From the NCBI GenBank assembly GCA_965235115.1, contig OZ249436.1:47122001-47186000 (forward strand): a stretch of DNA of 64,000 nt, read 5' to 3'. The notes under the pieces are model-generated. The model was given only the letters and a program-made list of their open reading frames with translations. It did no database searches and had not been told where the DNA came from. The first letter of the stretch is position 1. Each line of letters begins with the position of its first letter. Positions 1-13,300 of this stretch are shown here, in pieces. Origin of the DNA: Laetmonice hystrix (taxonomy: Eukaryota). The position numbers were made by a program, and so were the translations under genes.

Positions 1-1330
1 CTGCTCGGCAGCGTGTAGGAAATCTGCGGTGTTTGTGGTATTTTTTCAGGAACCACACTTTTGCTGTAAGGGCAAAATGCCAAGCAAATTCTCTTCTCTG
101 ATTGGTGGATATTCGCAGAATAAATATTTTAAAACGTTTACTGCGGGCCGGGATGTTGCTACCAATAAAACTAATAATCGGGATGGACCAGTATGGCAAT
201 TTGAAACCGATAATTTTGAAAAAATATTTAAAATATTTTCAATAAATATCATGAAAATATTTCACTGTGAATATGTTTGAACACATCTCATATCTTACTA
301 GATTATTCATTAGAGGCTATATATTGGTGGGAAACATTTTTTAATTTTGTAAATTTTTGGTACTAATTCCGTAATCGCCGTGCAATGTACGGTTACGCAG
401 ATTAGGTCTGACTGAAGCCAACCTTGCTTGAGTGGGTGGTTATCCGGTAATAACTGGGATATTTAGGGTATCCTCCGACGTGTGTTCCACGTGATTATCA
501 TAGTCACTGAAGGACATGAATAAGGAAAAACCGTCATTCTTCAGCTCCCTCTGAAATATTCCACATAGGTAAAAAAAAATTCTTAGTTTTAGGTTTAAGT
601 TGTTTAAACATGTGCTTCCAGCATAAACATGCCAAAATCAACCTATGTTCTAGTGTTAAAATGTATGGTTTGTGACTTTTAGGGCCCCCCAAAATATTTC
701 AGGAAATTTTACCATAGCCAACTGGCATCCCTGTGTAAGGAAAGATGTCTTTGCGCAAAGAGTCTTTCCAAAGAGTCTTTTTGAAACCAGTGTTAAAGAA
801 TTGAGTGTTATAGAAACACCACGTCGCCGCAAAGACTCTTTGGGTTCAGTGAGGGTCTCAAAGAGTCTTTTGGGCTTTATAGACAGCAGTAAAACCTTCT
901 ATTGAACGGCTGAATTCTAAGTTTTTCACCATAATTTTGGTTATGTTCAGACTGGCACCAACCCAATCACTCGTGGTGAGGGTGAGAGACTCCCTCTGCT
1001 TGTAGTCGGTCAGAGACAGACTTACAACTGCATTGCCATGCTCATTCATCAATTTGCTACTTTTTCTAATCTTCTATTCTCATGTCTGGAGTATGGCTGC
1101 AACAGAAACCGTCACTGTGACCTCTGTCAGTGTCTGAAGGTCAAAGGTCAGGTCACAGACCTTCAATAAAGCCATGGGTATTGTCGTTTAGTTTTCGTGG
1201 CTTTCACTTGAAAGTTCTGTGCCACCTCTGGCCAGTAGAGCGCAGAGGTTATATTTAAATTAAACTGAGACTGAGCACTCTGATTGGTTTTGTTTCCCGC
1301 AGATGCTGGGGCCAAGAATGAGGTAGCAAG

Positions 1331-4300
1331 ATGGCGTCCCCAATACTCAACCACATGAAGGATGACTCCATTGCCTTCATCGATGACGTTTCTGAGAAGG
1401 CCAGACTTGTAGAAGATAGAGAACCTTCCCCAGTACTGAACAGAGACAAGCAGACAAAATCTCCACTGAAAGCAAAGAATCTTGCCAATGCTAAGAATGG
1501 AGTACCAGGGGTTCAGCTGAGCACATCGGAAGGAGATGAAGTGATTGAAGACTCAGAGACTGCCAAACTCCTGGGAAGTAATGAAAAAGTCAACAAGGAT
1601 TCCACTAAGGAGGATGTAGGAGTGGTAGAGGTTGTGACCACACATGTGGAAAAGGTTGTTAAAACAAATATAACAAAAGAGGAAGGAAAAACTGAGATTA
1701 TTATTGAGAGATCGGACACTGTGGTTGAAAACATAGTTAACCTCTCGTCTGACTCACCCAAGAAAGACAAGGAGGATCAAAATGATTCAGAAAAGGAGAA
1801 AAAGGAGCCAGAAACTCCAGAGAAAACGGATGCAAGCAAGGATGATACGGAGGATAAGATAATCATTGAGAAGAAGAAGCCTGATCCCATTTTGATCATC
1901 TCACCAGCAAGTGATGACGAGAAAAAGGATGTGATGAAGGAACCTGTTCAGGTAGAGATTCCTCGTGACATAGTTCCAGCGAGTATCATCAGTGATTTCA
2001 CAGGAGATACAACCCCCTCGGAGACAGCCTCCGATAGCTGTACTGATACTTACGACATGTACCAAACAGTCGGATCAGTCACCCCAAACTCGCTGTCCAA
2101 CGCGGACGTGTTCAGGTCGTTTGCCGTCACGTTGGCCTCGAGTGAGGGGACATTCATTTCTGCTGAAAGCGCCCTGGGGTCAACGGAGGAGGCACCGACC
2201 TCACCCCGGTCGCTGCTGGCAACGGAGATGGGGTCAGTGCAGCTGGAGCCAGTGGACCAGAGCAGTGAGGACAAGGAAATAGTCTCGCAGAAAGATCGTG
2301 AAGAAAGCTCCGAGACAAAAGTTGGATCTGACGATCACCTAGCGGATGGTGATCTGCAGAGAGATGTAACATTTGAAGGTAAGATCGAACTTAACTTTTA
2401 AAAATAAGATTTTACAACTGCTTTGTATACCGTTTAGCACGCCGACTTCATTCATCACCCAGTGTTACATTTTTTGGTATAAATCCCAAAATAAAAGATT
2501 TTAGCTACAGTAGGGGGCAGCATCCTCCAGCAAGATACTTGGCACCTCAGTCGGCAATCAAGGCACTCCAGCCAGCCGCTAAAGTCGTAACAACTAGCAT
2601 GTTGGCAGCAGTGTAAATTTACGCGAAATTTTATGGGGAAAGAACTCAAAACCTGTAGCTATTCCTAGAACCAAGCCTAATCCAAGTCATGGTGCTCAAA
2701 CCTCTCCAGAAAACTAATCGCTATCCCTGCCCCGAACACTAACCCTAACCCCCACTCCTGGTCCCCAGACCTCCCCAGGAAACTAATCGCTATCCCTAAC
2801 GCTAACCCCCACTCCCGGTCCCCAGACCTCCCCAGGAAACTAATCGCTATCCCTAACCCTAACCCTAACCTCCTCAGGAAACTAATCTCTAACCCTGCCC
2901 CGAACACTAACCCTAACCCCCACTCCTGGTCCCCAGACCTCCCCAGGAAACTAATCGCTATCCCTAACCCTAACCCCCACTCCCGGTCCCCAGACCTCCC
3001 CAGGAAACTAATCTCTATCCCTGCCCTGAACACTAACCCTAACCCCCACTCCTGGTCCCCAGACCTCCCCAGGAAACTAATCGCTATCCCTAACCCTAAC
3101 CCCCACTCCCGGTCCCCAGACCTCCCCAGGAAACTAATCGCTATCCCTAACCCTAACCCTCCCGGTCCCCAGACCTCCTCAGGAAACTAATCTCTAACCC
3201 TGCCCTGAACACTAACCGTAACCCCCACTCCCCCCCCCCCCCCCAAACTCCCAAGAAAACTAATCTCTCTCCCTGCCCCAGCCATTATCCCGTATCCTTA
3301 TTTCTTGGGAATGCTGACATGGACTGATGGAGGAAGTGACCAGGCATAGTTGGACTTTGGATTTCAGATGTTATGTGATCATAACGTCATGAGACATGTT
3401 TCCGCTTGCTCATTTTGATATTTTTATGATCTAGAGGCGGCCATATTGGCGCCAGTGGTCATGTACCCTGCCCAGGTACACCAGTACTGCCCACCTGGTC
3501 TGGAGGCTCTTCTCGACTGTGGTCAGCTGGTCATCCACAAGGACAACCTCCGCCACAACAAAGGTGAGAATCTCACATACAGTCTGCTACTCAAACAGGT
3601 TAGATTGAAGGTGGACAAATTCAGTTTTCATTGATTTATCAATCCATAGTTCCTACGGTTCTGTCATTCATGCAACTGCACAGGTTTGAAGAATTAATAC
3701 TTTATGTTAATTATTAGCAGGAAGTATGCTAATCAGTTGCCACACACAATGTGAATACATTTTTAACTGGTAGCAAGGTCTTTTATTCTGAGTCTGACTG
3801 GAAACAAAGCGATCAGGAAACACCTTGACTCCTTTGAAACGAGTTGTGTTTTAAGGTATTAAGTATAATTTAATAATTAGGTCATTCTTGCCCAAAATGT
3901 TCAGTTTCAAGGATTCCTTTATCAGTTGCTGCCATTAAAGGTTTGTGAGTTATAAAATCCTCAGTGTTGAATAAAAAGGCCAGCAACAATCACTGCCCGT
4001 TTGTAGTACTTAATTACTCTGACTGATTACCACTAAATCTGATGAGATTAAAATAACTGCCTGTAGAAACTGCGCACTGAATTCCAGCAGTTCGAAATGA
4101 GTCTAATTTTCTGGCACAGTGAGACTGATATTAATATAACGTCTTTTTATAAAAATGAGTAAAAATAAATATTTGTCATCAGTTATCTCACTTGAAATGT
4201 GTTTATCTGAAATGATCATGAGAAGTGTTTGACGTTCTTGTATCAATTTCATTTGAATATGATCGTGATGTGAAGAAATTTAGAAGAAACTTCAAAAAGT

Positions 4301-7300
4301 GTTTCAAAGTCAACAGACACCCAACCTAATGATGTTCTATTACTCACTTTGAACCACTCTAGTTGCACTTGAGTCACTGCATGAGAATTTTACTGTTCTT
4401 GATCTGCTGGCATTCTTCTCATATTTCACATACAAAACGTCCATTCTGACATCATTATGCAGGATTATAACGTGTTATCCTTTTACTCTACAACATTTCT
4501 GATTGAGGATGATATTATTCACAAGGAAATCTTGAATGCCAGAATCTGAATGTGGTACTTGTATAGCAAAATTCACATTGATGTGATTTTTTGGTTGCTT
4601 TTCACAAACTGCACGGATAAGGTCTAATTTGATTAAAAATAGATTTCTATATTATTTGCTCTTCCTTTAAGTTCATTTGAAAGTGATTTCTTGTTGGTTT
4701 GAAAATATATTTCTGAAAAGTAAAAGTGATAATACTATAAGTAGAAATAGGTTTAGATCTCAAACCTTTGCAGTTCGAGATTAATCCATGCCTTTCTGCT
4801 ACATTAAATTCTACTACATTAGATGCTGCTATATTAAATTCAGAAAATCAATACATCTCACTACTTCTATGATGAATATAACATGTGTTGATACCAGGAT
4901 CCAAGAGGCATTTTTTACCAGTATTGTACTTGCATAAAATGATGGCATTTGTAATGTGCATCCATATTGAAGGAAAGAATATATCCATTACACACTAGAA
5001 AAAGTGGTTCAGCTGTAGCAGGGACGTGACGCGGCTTGTTGTAAATCCTACTGTAGTGATAACTTGGTGTTTCATCACCAGAACAAAGATATCTACCGGT
5101 ACTCTACACCTGGTCCCCTGCTTCACATGATATTGTCAGAGTCCAGCTGTAAATCCTACAGTAGTGATAACTTGGTGTTTCATCACCAGAACAAAGATAT
5201 CTACCGGTACTCTACACCTGGTCCCCTGCTTCACATGATATTGTCAGAGTCCAGCTGTAAATCCTACTGTAGTGATAACTTGGTGTTTTATCACCAGAAC
5301 AAATCTACCGGTACACGACACCTGGTCCCCTGCTTCACATGATATTGTCAGAGTCCAGCTGTAAATCCTACAGTAGTGATAACTTGGTGTTTTATCACCA
5401 GAACAAAGATATCTACCGGTACACGACACCTGGTCCCCTGCTTCACATGATATTGTCAGAGTCCAGCTGTAAATCCTACAGTAGTGATAACTTGGTGTTT
5501 CATCACCAGAACAAAGATATCTACCGGTACTCTACACCTGGTCCCCTGCTTCACATGATATTGTCAGAGTCCAGCTGTAAATCCTACAGTAGTGATAACT
5601 TGGTGTTTCATCACCAGAACAAAGATATCTACCGGTACTCTACACCTGGTCCCCTGCTTCACATGATATTGTCAGAGTCCAGCTGTAAATCCTACTGTAG
5701 TGATAACTTGGTGTTTTATCACCAGAACAAATCTACCGGTACACGACACCTGGTCCCCTGCTTCACATGATATTGTCAGAGTCCAGCTGTAAATCCTACA
5801 GTAGTGATAACTTGGTGTTTCATCACCAGAACAAAGATATCTACCGGTACTCTACACCTGGTCCCCTGCTTCACATGATATTGTCAGAGTCCAGCTGTAA
5901 ATCCTACTGTAGTGATAACTTGGTGTTTCATCACCAGAACAAAGATATCTACCGGTACACGACACCTGGTCCCCTGCTTCACATGATATTGTCAGAGTCC
6001 AGCTGTAAATCCTACTGTAGTGATAACTTGGTGTTTCATCACCAGAACAAAGATATCTACCGGTACAATACACCTGGTCCCCTGCTTCACATGATATTGT
6101 CCAGCTGTTTTACAGTCGGTATCAGAATCGTGAGACGTGATTGAATGGTTTATTCAACCACCGGTGTATGTCATTCAGCTGCCCTTAGATTATTATCTGA
6201 GCCCACCTGTGACACCTATTCTCTAATTGTTGGCCGTTTTCTTGCAGCCTTCAACAATGAAGCTTATCTGAGTCCACCTGTGACACCCATTCTCTAATTG
6301 TTTGCCGTTTTCTTGCAGCCTTCAACAATGAAGATGATCTGAGCCCACCTGTGACACCTATTCTCTCAATGTTTGCCGTTTTCTTGCAGCCTTTAACAAT
6401 GAAGATTGTCTGAGCCCACCTGTGACACCTATTTAATTGTTTGCCGTTTTCTTGCAGCCTTTAACAATGAAGATTATCTGAGTCCACCTGTGACACCTAT
6501 TTAATTGTTTGCCGTTTTCTTGCAGCCTTCAACAATGAAGATTGTCTGAGCCCACCTGTGACACCTATTCTCTAATTGTTTGCCGTTTTCTTGCAGCCTT
6601 TAACAATGAAGATTATCTGAGTCCACCTGTGACACCTATTTAATTGTTTGCCGTTTTCTTGCAGCCTTTAACAATGAAGATTATCTGAGTCCACCTGTGA
6701 CACCTATTTAATTGTTTGCCGTTTTCTTGCAGCCTTTAACAATGAAGCCCTATCCAGGATGGAGGTGATAGATATCTCCAGACAAGTGATCTTCTATGTT
6801 GAACAAGGTGGGTACATGTAGTTGGTGTACATATTGTCTATTAATAGTAGTTACACGGCAGTTTGTCCTTGCTAACCGTCAACTACCAGCTGCGTCTATG
6901 TCGTCTTTGTTCTCTACACAGAAATCCCTGAAGGTAACAGTTGTTAGCTGTCTACCATCGCCTACTGGGTATTCGTTAAAACATGGTCTAAACCAGGCCC
7001 TGGTTTTTAGTTTGCAAACAGAGTCTTAAGATTCGAATCTTAAGACTGAACTCCTGTTTCAGAGCTTCTGATTGGTCCTTCAAATGAAGTCAGCCAATGA
7101 GAGACCATAAAACAAGTCAGTCGTTAAATTCCAGTCTTAAGATTGGTAACATGATGAACCAAATACCCATGTGATGAAGTGCGTACCGGTAATAAAAAAA
7201 ATCGCCACCTCATCAGGCAATGTTATTAAAAATAATAATAATAATATTTTATTTGTCCATTATGAGTACATACATCTTTGGTTAATTTTATTAAGGAAAT

Positions 7301-10300
7301 GAAGCTGAGGTTTATAATATCCCCGGTCAATATAAACACATTTGAATCACATCTATTGAAAATTATACTCATACAGAATGTTGCTTTCTCAAAGATGAAT
7401 GATATGTGTCAGGAAATCAAAGTATAACACGTGTCCATTATTTGAGCTGTAACAATGTGGTGAAGTTTTAAATGATAGGGAGAACCCTGCCATGTCTGAG
7501 GGTAGTAAAAACATGACGTTTGCCGCCGTAAATCTGTGAGTCTGTGACCGGTTGTTTTATTTGTATTATTGACTGGCCAGCTGCGTACATTGGCGACCAC
7601 CATATCTGTATTGGTAGCAAGGACAGGACGTGCAGAGCCACTCGTGGTCAGTGGTTACTGCGATAATCAAGATGCCGCAGGAGATGGCGCTACTGCCGTG
7701 TCAGTTCTGACGGTTTTCTCTCGGTGATATTGCAGCCAGGCCAGACATGTCTAGAATGTCTATTGTTATAGGGGTGTTAAAACCAAAGGGTTCCGAGGAT
7801 TTACCCAACAGATTGACCATACAGTGTCCATGTGGGATTTACTGCCGGCCTGGCTGCGTTATTGGGACTTTTTTTTCGGTGAAAGTGAATGTCAGAAAAT
7901 TGGACAGTGTAGTCCTAGTGGTAACTAGCAATTTTTGTATCGTTGCAGAGCTCCCACCACTGTCTGAGAAATCATTCCTTTTCAAACTGTACAATAAAAG
8001 CAAGCAGGTAAGCCCAATGAGATCATATGGTGAAAAAGATACAAGGCATTAGCATCAAAGTAAACAGTAAGTAAACATAATTCTAATATGGAAAAATGAG
8101 GTAGGAGTGACGCACATGACTGAAGTGGAAAATTTGAAATATGTATTTGAAACAGCAATGGTCACGGAAGTATGGTCTAGATAACAGCATATATACCAGT
8201 TCTCAAGTAAAGGCCCGTAACCACATATCAAATCAACGATACCAGTGCCTGTAACTGTAAATGCCACCCACTGTAGATATTGAGTGGATTCAGCAGCAGT
8301 CCCTGATGCCGTATCGGTAATAGATAGTGACCGATGTATTTCCTATCTACAGGAGGTGATGCAGGTCTACAACCCACAGTCGTCAGCCTGTGTGGCGTGT
8401 GGCGCCAGTTGGCACTGTTTCCGCAAGTGTCACTTCCAGACACTAGTTTTTGCACCACTCGGCCAGGTGGCTGGCTTCATCAAACGATCGTAAGTCAGCA
8501 ATTCATTTTACTCTCTCCTAAATGTAGATATTTCTGTACCTCGTATTTTAAAAAGGGAATAAGGAAAGCATTGATTTCTGATACGACAGTAAAAGACCAT
8601 CTTCTAGAATTGTTAGTGATTGGTTTTCCCAAGATTTGTATAAGAACATGTTCATTAGTTTTTTATTAGTGTTCTAATGACACGGATGACCTTAGGCCGT
8701 GGGCCGTGGTCGATTTTCGTTCAGTTTCGTGACCATATCAATGAGACTATCTAATTCTGCATGAAATAGTTGTGTAAGTTAGTACTGAAGACAAATCCAC
8801 TTGTTGTCATGTGCAAAACTTGCACAATTAATAAAAAACGAGAATTAACGTTCGAACTATTTCGTAATCCTCTCGGCCAATCAGATTACGCATACGAGGG
8901 TGTGTGTCCCTCATTATAATAAATAAACATCAATATGGCGACCTCGAGACAGGTGGAAGAGGACTCAGCAGAGCCTGAAAAAATGACTTGTTTGCTGCAT
9001 GTGTTTGTAAAAGAAAAATCTAAAGTGACTCAGTTCACAGCGCTAAGTTGGAAGAAGGCACGCGAGTGTGCAGAAAGATGGAAAGACCTAAAGGATTGCA
9101 GGGAGACGCAGATTGTTTCGTGTTCTATGTGCGCCATGACCCAGCTGAGTATGTCAGACTCGATGTCCCAAGTGTAGTCTACATTTCATTCTCCAGTCGA
9201 CAATTCTCCTTATAAATAACAGTTTTTAGCAATCATTTCATTAGTTGGAGGGTATTACGACGAATTCCTGTTAATTTAAGCACCCGGTTAGAGATTTTTC
9301 GCTATGTTTTCGGCCGACCAAATTGGCATGTCGCCCCGTCTAAAGACCACAACCAGTGGACCCCCGTATCGGGGGCATGGGCGACTGTCGCCCGTTGACT
9401 TGACCACCTGATTCGAGGTGAGTGGGAGATGGAATCTTGGTCGATATGGCGTGCATCGGATATGGACTCTGACAGTATCCAAGGTCACCCATCCGTACAT
9501 TTGTACTACAACCTCCCAGGAAGTTACCTCTCTTGACCTGGTCTATGGGTTATTTTAGGTTATATAGGCTTTTATAGGCCCCTATAGCGGCTATACAGCC
9601 CTCCAAGCCTTGGACCAAGGCCCACAGAAGTTAGGCCTATGTTATCGGCCTCAGTGGCGGATCCGGGGGGGGGGGGGGTCGGAGTAACCACTTACGAAGT
9701 AATTTATCTTTTTTTCTGTTTGAAAGTTTAAAAACATAGGCCTACACATGCACCGCTTCCTCTTGGCACACCCTCCCCACTTAACAAGCCCCCCCCCTTG
9801 GCGCAAGCCTAAATCTGCCTAACTTTCTTACAAAATCTGGGGGGGGGGTTATTATTATTATTTTTTATTCCAATACAACATTATATGGGGGAATCAACAC
9901 AATACTGGCTGTTCTTCCTCCCCCACGTACTGTGCCATTGGCCATTGGGGTTACAGATCAGGTCTAAGGCAGTGTCGTAGCTACCGAGAGCAGGGGGCAG
10001 ACTTCATACCCCCCTGCACTGGCGGATCCAGGGGGGTTTAGGGGGTTTAATCCCCCCTCAGAGCCACCAATTTTAAGCGCCTACTGGACCCCACCCGTCA
10101 GGGCTCCCTCGCTTCGCGAGCTCGGCACTGTTGGCGTCTCCGTAACCCCCACCCCCTTGAAAAAATCCTAGTCCGCGTCTGCCCGGCCCCTGGAAGTATT
10201 TTGGGAAAGTTTGGGGAAATTTCTGCGGAAAATTTGAAATATCATGGTGGGAAACTGAGCCTGGAAAAAGAAGCCTAATAGCTTATTGCATAATTGTATA

Positions 10301-13300
10301 ACGGGGGGGGGGGGGGGGGTGATATGAGGGTGAATATCGAAACTGTTATAAAACATTTCTCTGGGATGAAGAAGAGAAAAGTAGCATTGTAATAATACAC
10401 ATTGAAAGCTATTAAGTTGTAGGCCTATGTCTGAGGCTATCATATGTGTAAATAGCACTTTTATAAATAGCACTTGTCAATGTTGACATGCTATACAAAC
10501 CAGGGCCGTAGCCTGCCCAAAAATCCCGGAGGGGGAGGGGCAGGGGCTAGGCTATTTACATTTTCTTCACACGTCAGTGAATCGCAAAACAAAAGACCCA
10601 GCAATAGAGCGTCTAACAATAGCCTATCCCTGCGACTGGCACTCTTATTTCAGTGTGAGGTAGCTAGAAATCCACCAAGGGGGGGGGGGGGGGGTAAGGG
10701 TGTACACCTGGGGGTATGCCCTCCCCCCCGAAAGATTTAAAATGTAGGATCCTATTGCAGGCTATCTGATACATTCTGCAAACAGTAAGATTTAAAGGTA
10801 TGTTTTTAGGACTTTTTTAATGCATGAACCCAGTATATTTTACAAATGCTAGGCCAACAAATGGGAGGGGGGGGCGTACGCCGGGTACACCCAATGGAGG
10901 CTACGTCACTGTATTTGCGTATCAAATAGGTATCAAGACATGCACACGTGACTTTAATGTGTAGAGGACGCTCACCTCGCACTTTTGCTGTGGTGGTTTT
11001 CCGGCTTTTAAATATGAAAATAGGCATACATTGCAATTATAATTCGACGAGTGATGCTAAGGATTTAAAAAAAATATTATTTGTATGTCAAATTTCATGA
11101 AACTTTACCAAAAACTGTGTCATGTTATAAGGATCAGATTCGTATTGACAGAAAAAAATTATCACTGCATTTGGTGCCTTTTTAAAAAAATTTAAATAAA
11201 AAAATGCAAAAACGCATTTTTTTCCCAAAAAACGTGTTTTCGTTCATCGAGACCTGGAGTTTCACTATTTTTGTCCATTTAATGTCTTGCCCTATGTCCT
11301 AGGTCACGGCATAACAAGTTTGAAGGCTCCCTCTGCAATATCTTTGACGTTATTAGCAATTTCATTGAATTTGAGACGAATTTCAAAAAAGGAGATTTTT
11401 ACCCAAAAAGTCATCTAGCTCCGTATTGTGCAAGATTTGGACTTGACAACAATCAAATTCGGGTTCCACAGGTCGGAATTGTCTAGAAACTTCCAATTTC
11501 AAGTAGTCTCTCGGGTATGGTCACGAAAATCGATTTCTAGCCACATTTAGTACCTGGGGCCCACGGCCTACCTGTAATACCTGGCTGAAAGCATTTCTTA
11601 TTATCTTGCAGTCACACCTATTTTGTTCAGGAATACCTGGTAATGAACAGTCAGGAAGACGTGCTGCTTGTCATGCGCGGCGGACCAGATGACCTGGAGG
11701 TGAGTGAGCTGACTGAGGTGTTATATGAGTGAGCTGACTGAGGTGTTATATGAGTGAGCTGACTGAGGTGTTATATGAGTGAGCTGACAGATGTTATATG
11801 AGTGAGCTGACAGGTGGTATATGAGTGAGCTGACTGAGATGTTATATGAGTGAGCTGACTGAGGTGGTATATGAGTGAGCTGACTGAGGTGTTATATGAG
11901 TGAGCTGACAGATGTTATATGAGTGAGCTGACTGAGGTGTTATATGAGTGAGCTGACTGAGATGTTATATGAGTGAGCTGACTGGGGTGTTATATGAGTG
12001 AGCTGACTGAGATGTTATATGAGTGAGCTGACAGATGTTATATGAGTGAGCTGACTGAGGTGTTATATGAGTGAGCTGACTGAGGTGTTATATGAGTGAG
12101 CTGACTGAGATGTTATATGAGTGAGCTGACTGAGGTGTTATATGAGTGAGCTGACAAATGTTATATGAGTGAGCTGACTGAGGTGTTATATGAGTGAGCT
12201 GACTGAGGTGTTATATGAGTGAGCTGACAGGTGGTATATGAGTGAGCTGACTGAGGTGTTATATGAGTGAGCTGACTGAGATGGTATATGAGTGAGCTGA
12301 CTGAGGTGTTATATGAGTGAGCTGACTGAGATGGTATATGACAGACTGAGCTGACTGAGATGGTATATGAGTGAGCTGACTGAGGTGTTATATGAGTGAG
12401 TTGACAGATGTTATATGAGTGAGCTGACTGAGGTGTTATATGAGTGAGCTGACTGAGATGTTATATGAGTGAGCTGACTGGGGTGTTATATGAGTGAGCT
12501 GACTGAGGTGTTATATGAGTGAGTTGACTGAGATGTTATATGAGTGAGCTGACTGGGGTGTTATATGAGTGAGCTGACTGAGGTGTTATATGAGTGAGCT
12601 GACTGAGGTGTTATATGAGTGATCTGACTGAGGTGTTATATGAGTGAGCTGACTGAGGTGGTATATGAGTGAGCTGACTAAGGTGTTATATGAGTGATCT
12701 GATTGAGATGATATATATTCAGATATATTACATTCTCTGCAATACTAACCCTTACCACCCTGCTGTTCCAACTACAAACCTCATGTACATACCTCCCACT
12801 ACATCAGTTAATACCCAGTGCTTCCTTGATTAAATAGAAATGACGTACGCTGCCTTTGGAAAAATTCTGCAATCTCTGGTAATTGAGAGACCAGGCGTGA
12901 GTTCAGATACGTACAATATAGCCATGCTAGTACCGAAGATATGCAATGACAGGTTCTTTGATAACCAAGGCGCAGCGCCCTGCTGTTCCTCAGTAATTAT
13001 TACACTGAATGACTAGAGTCAGAGATTGTCTGCTAAGATAGAGGACGAACGAGTTCCATTAGCCTGATTGAGAAGCCGAGGTCCAGTAGGCAGTCAGTGC
13101 CGGCCTGTTCGTGGCTGCCTTACTGCCGTCACTAAGACGGTCACCAGCGCCAAGGGGCTCAGTAACCCTGCTCGTGGCTGCCTTACTGCCGTCACTAAGA
13201 CGGTCATCAGCGCCAAGGAGCTCAGTAACGCTCATGGTTGCCTTACTGCCGTCACTAAGACGGTCACCAGCGCCAAGGGGCTCAGTAACCCTGCTCGTGG

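Noticed and set aside
5064..6144. Repetitive ORFs in the 108-bp array
   Set aside because: Frameshifted by 4-bp deletions, no recognisable protein, and scramblase exons 2 and 3 join without it.
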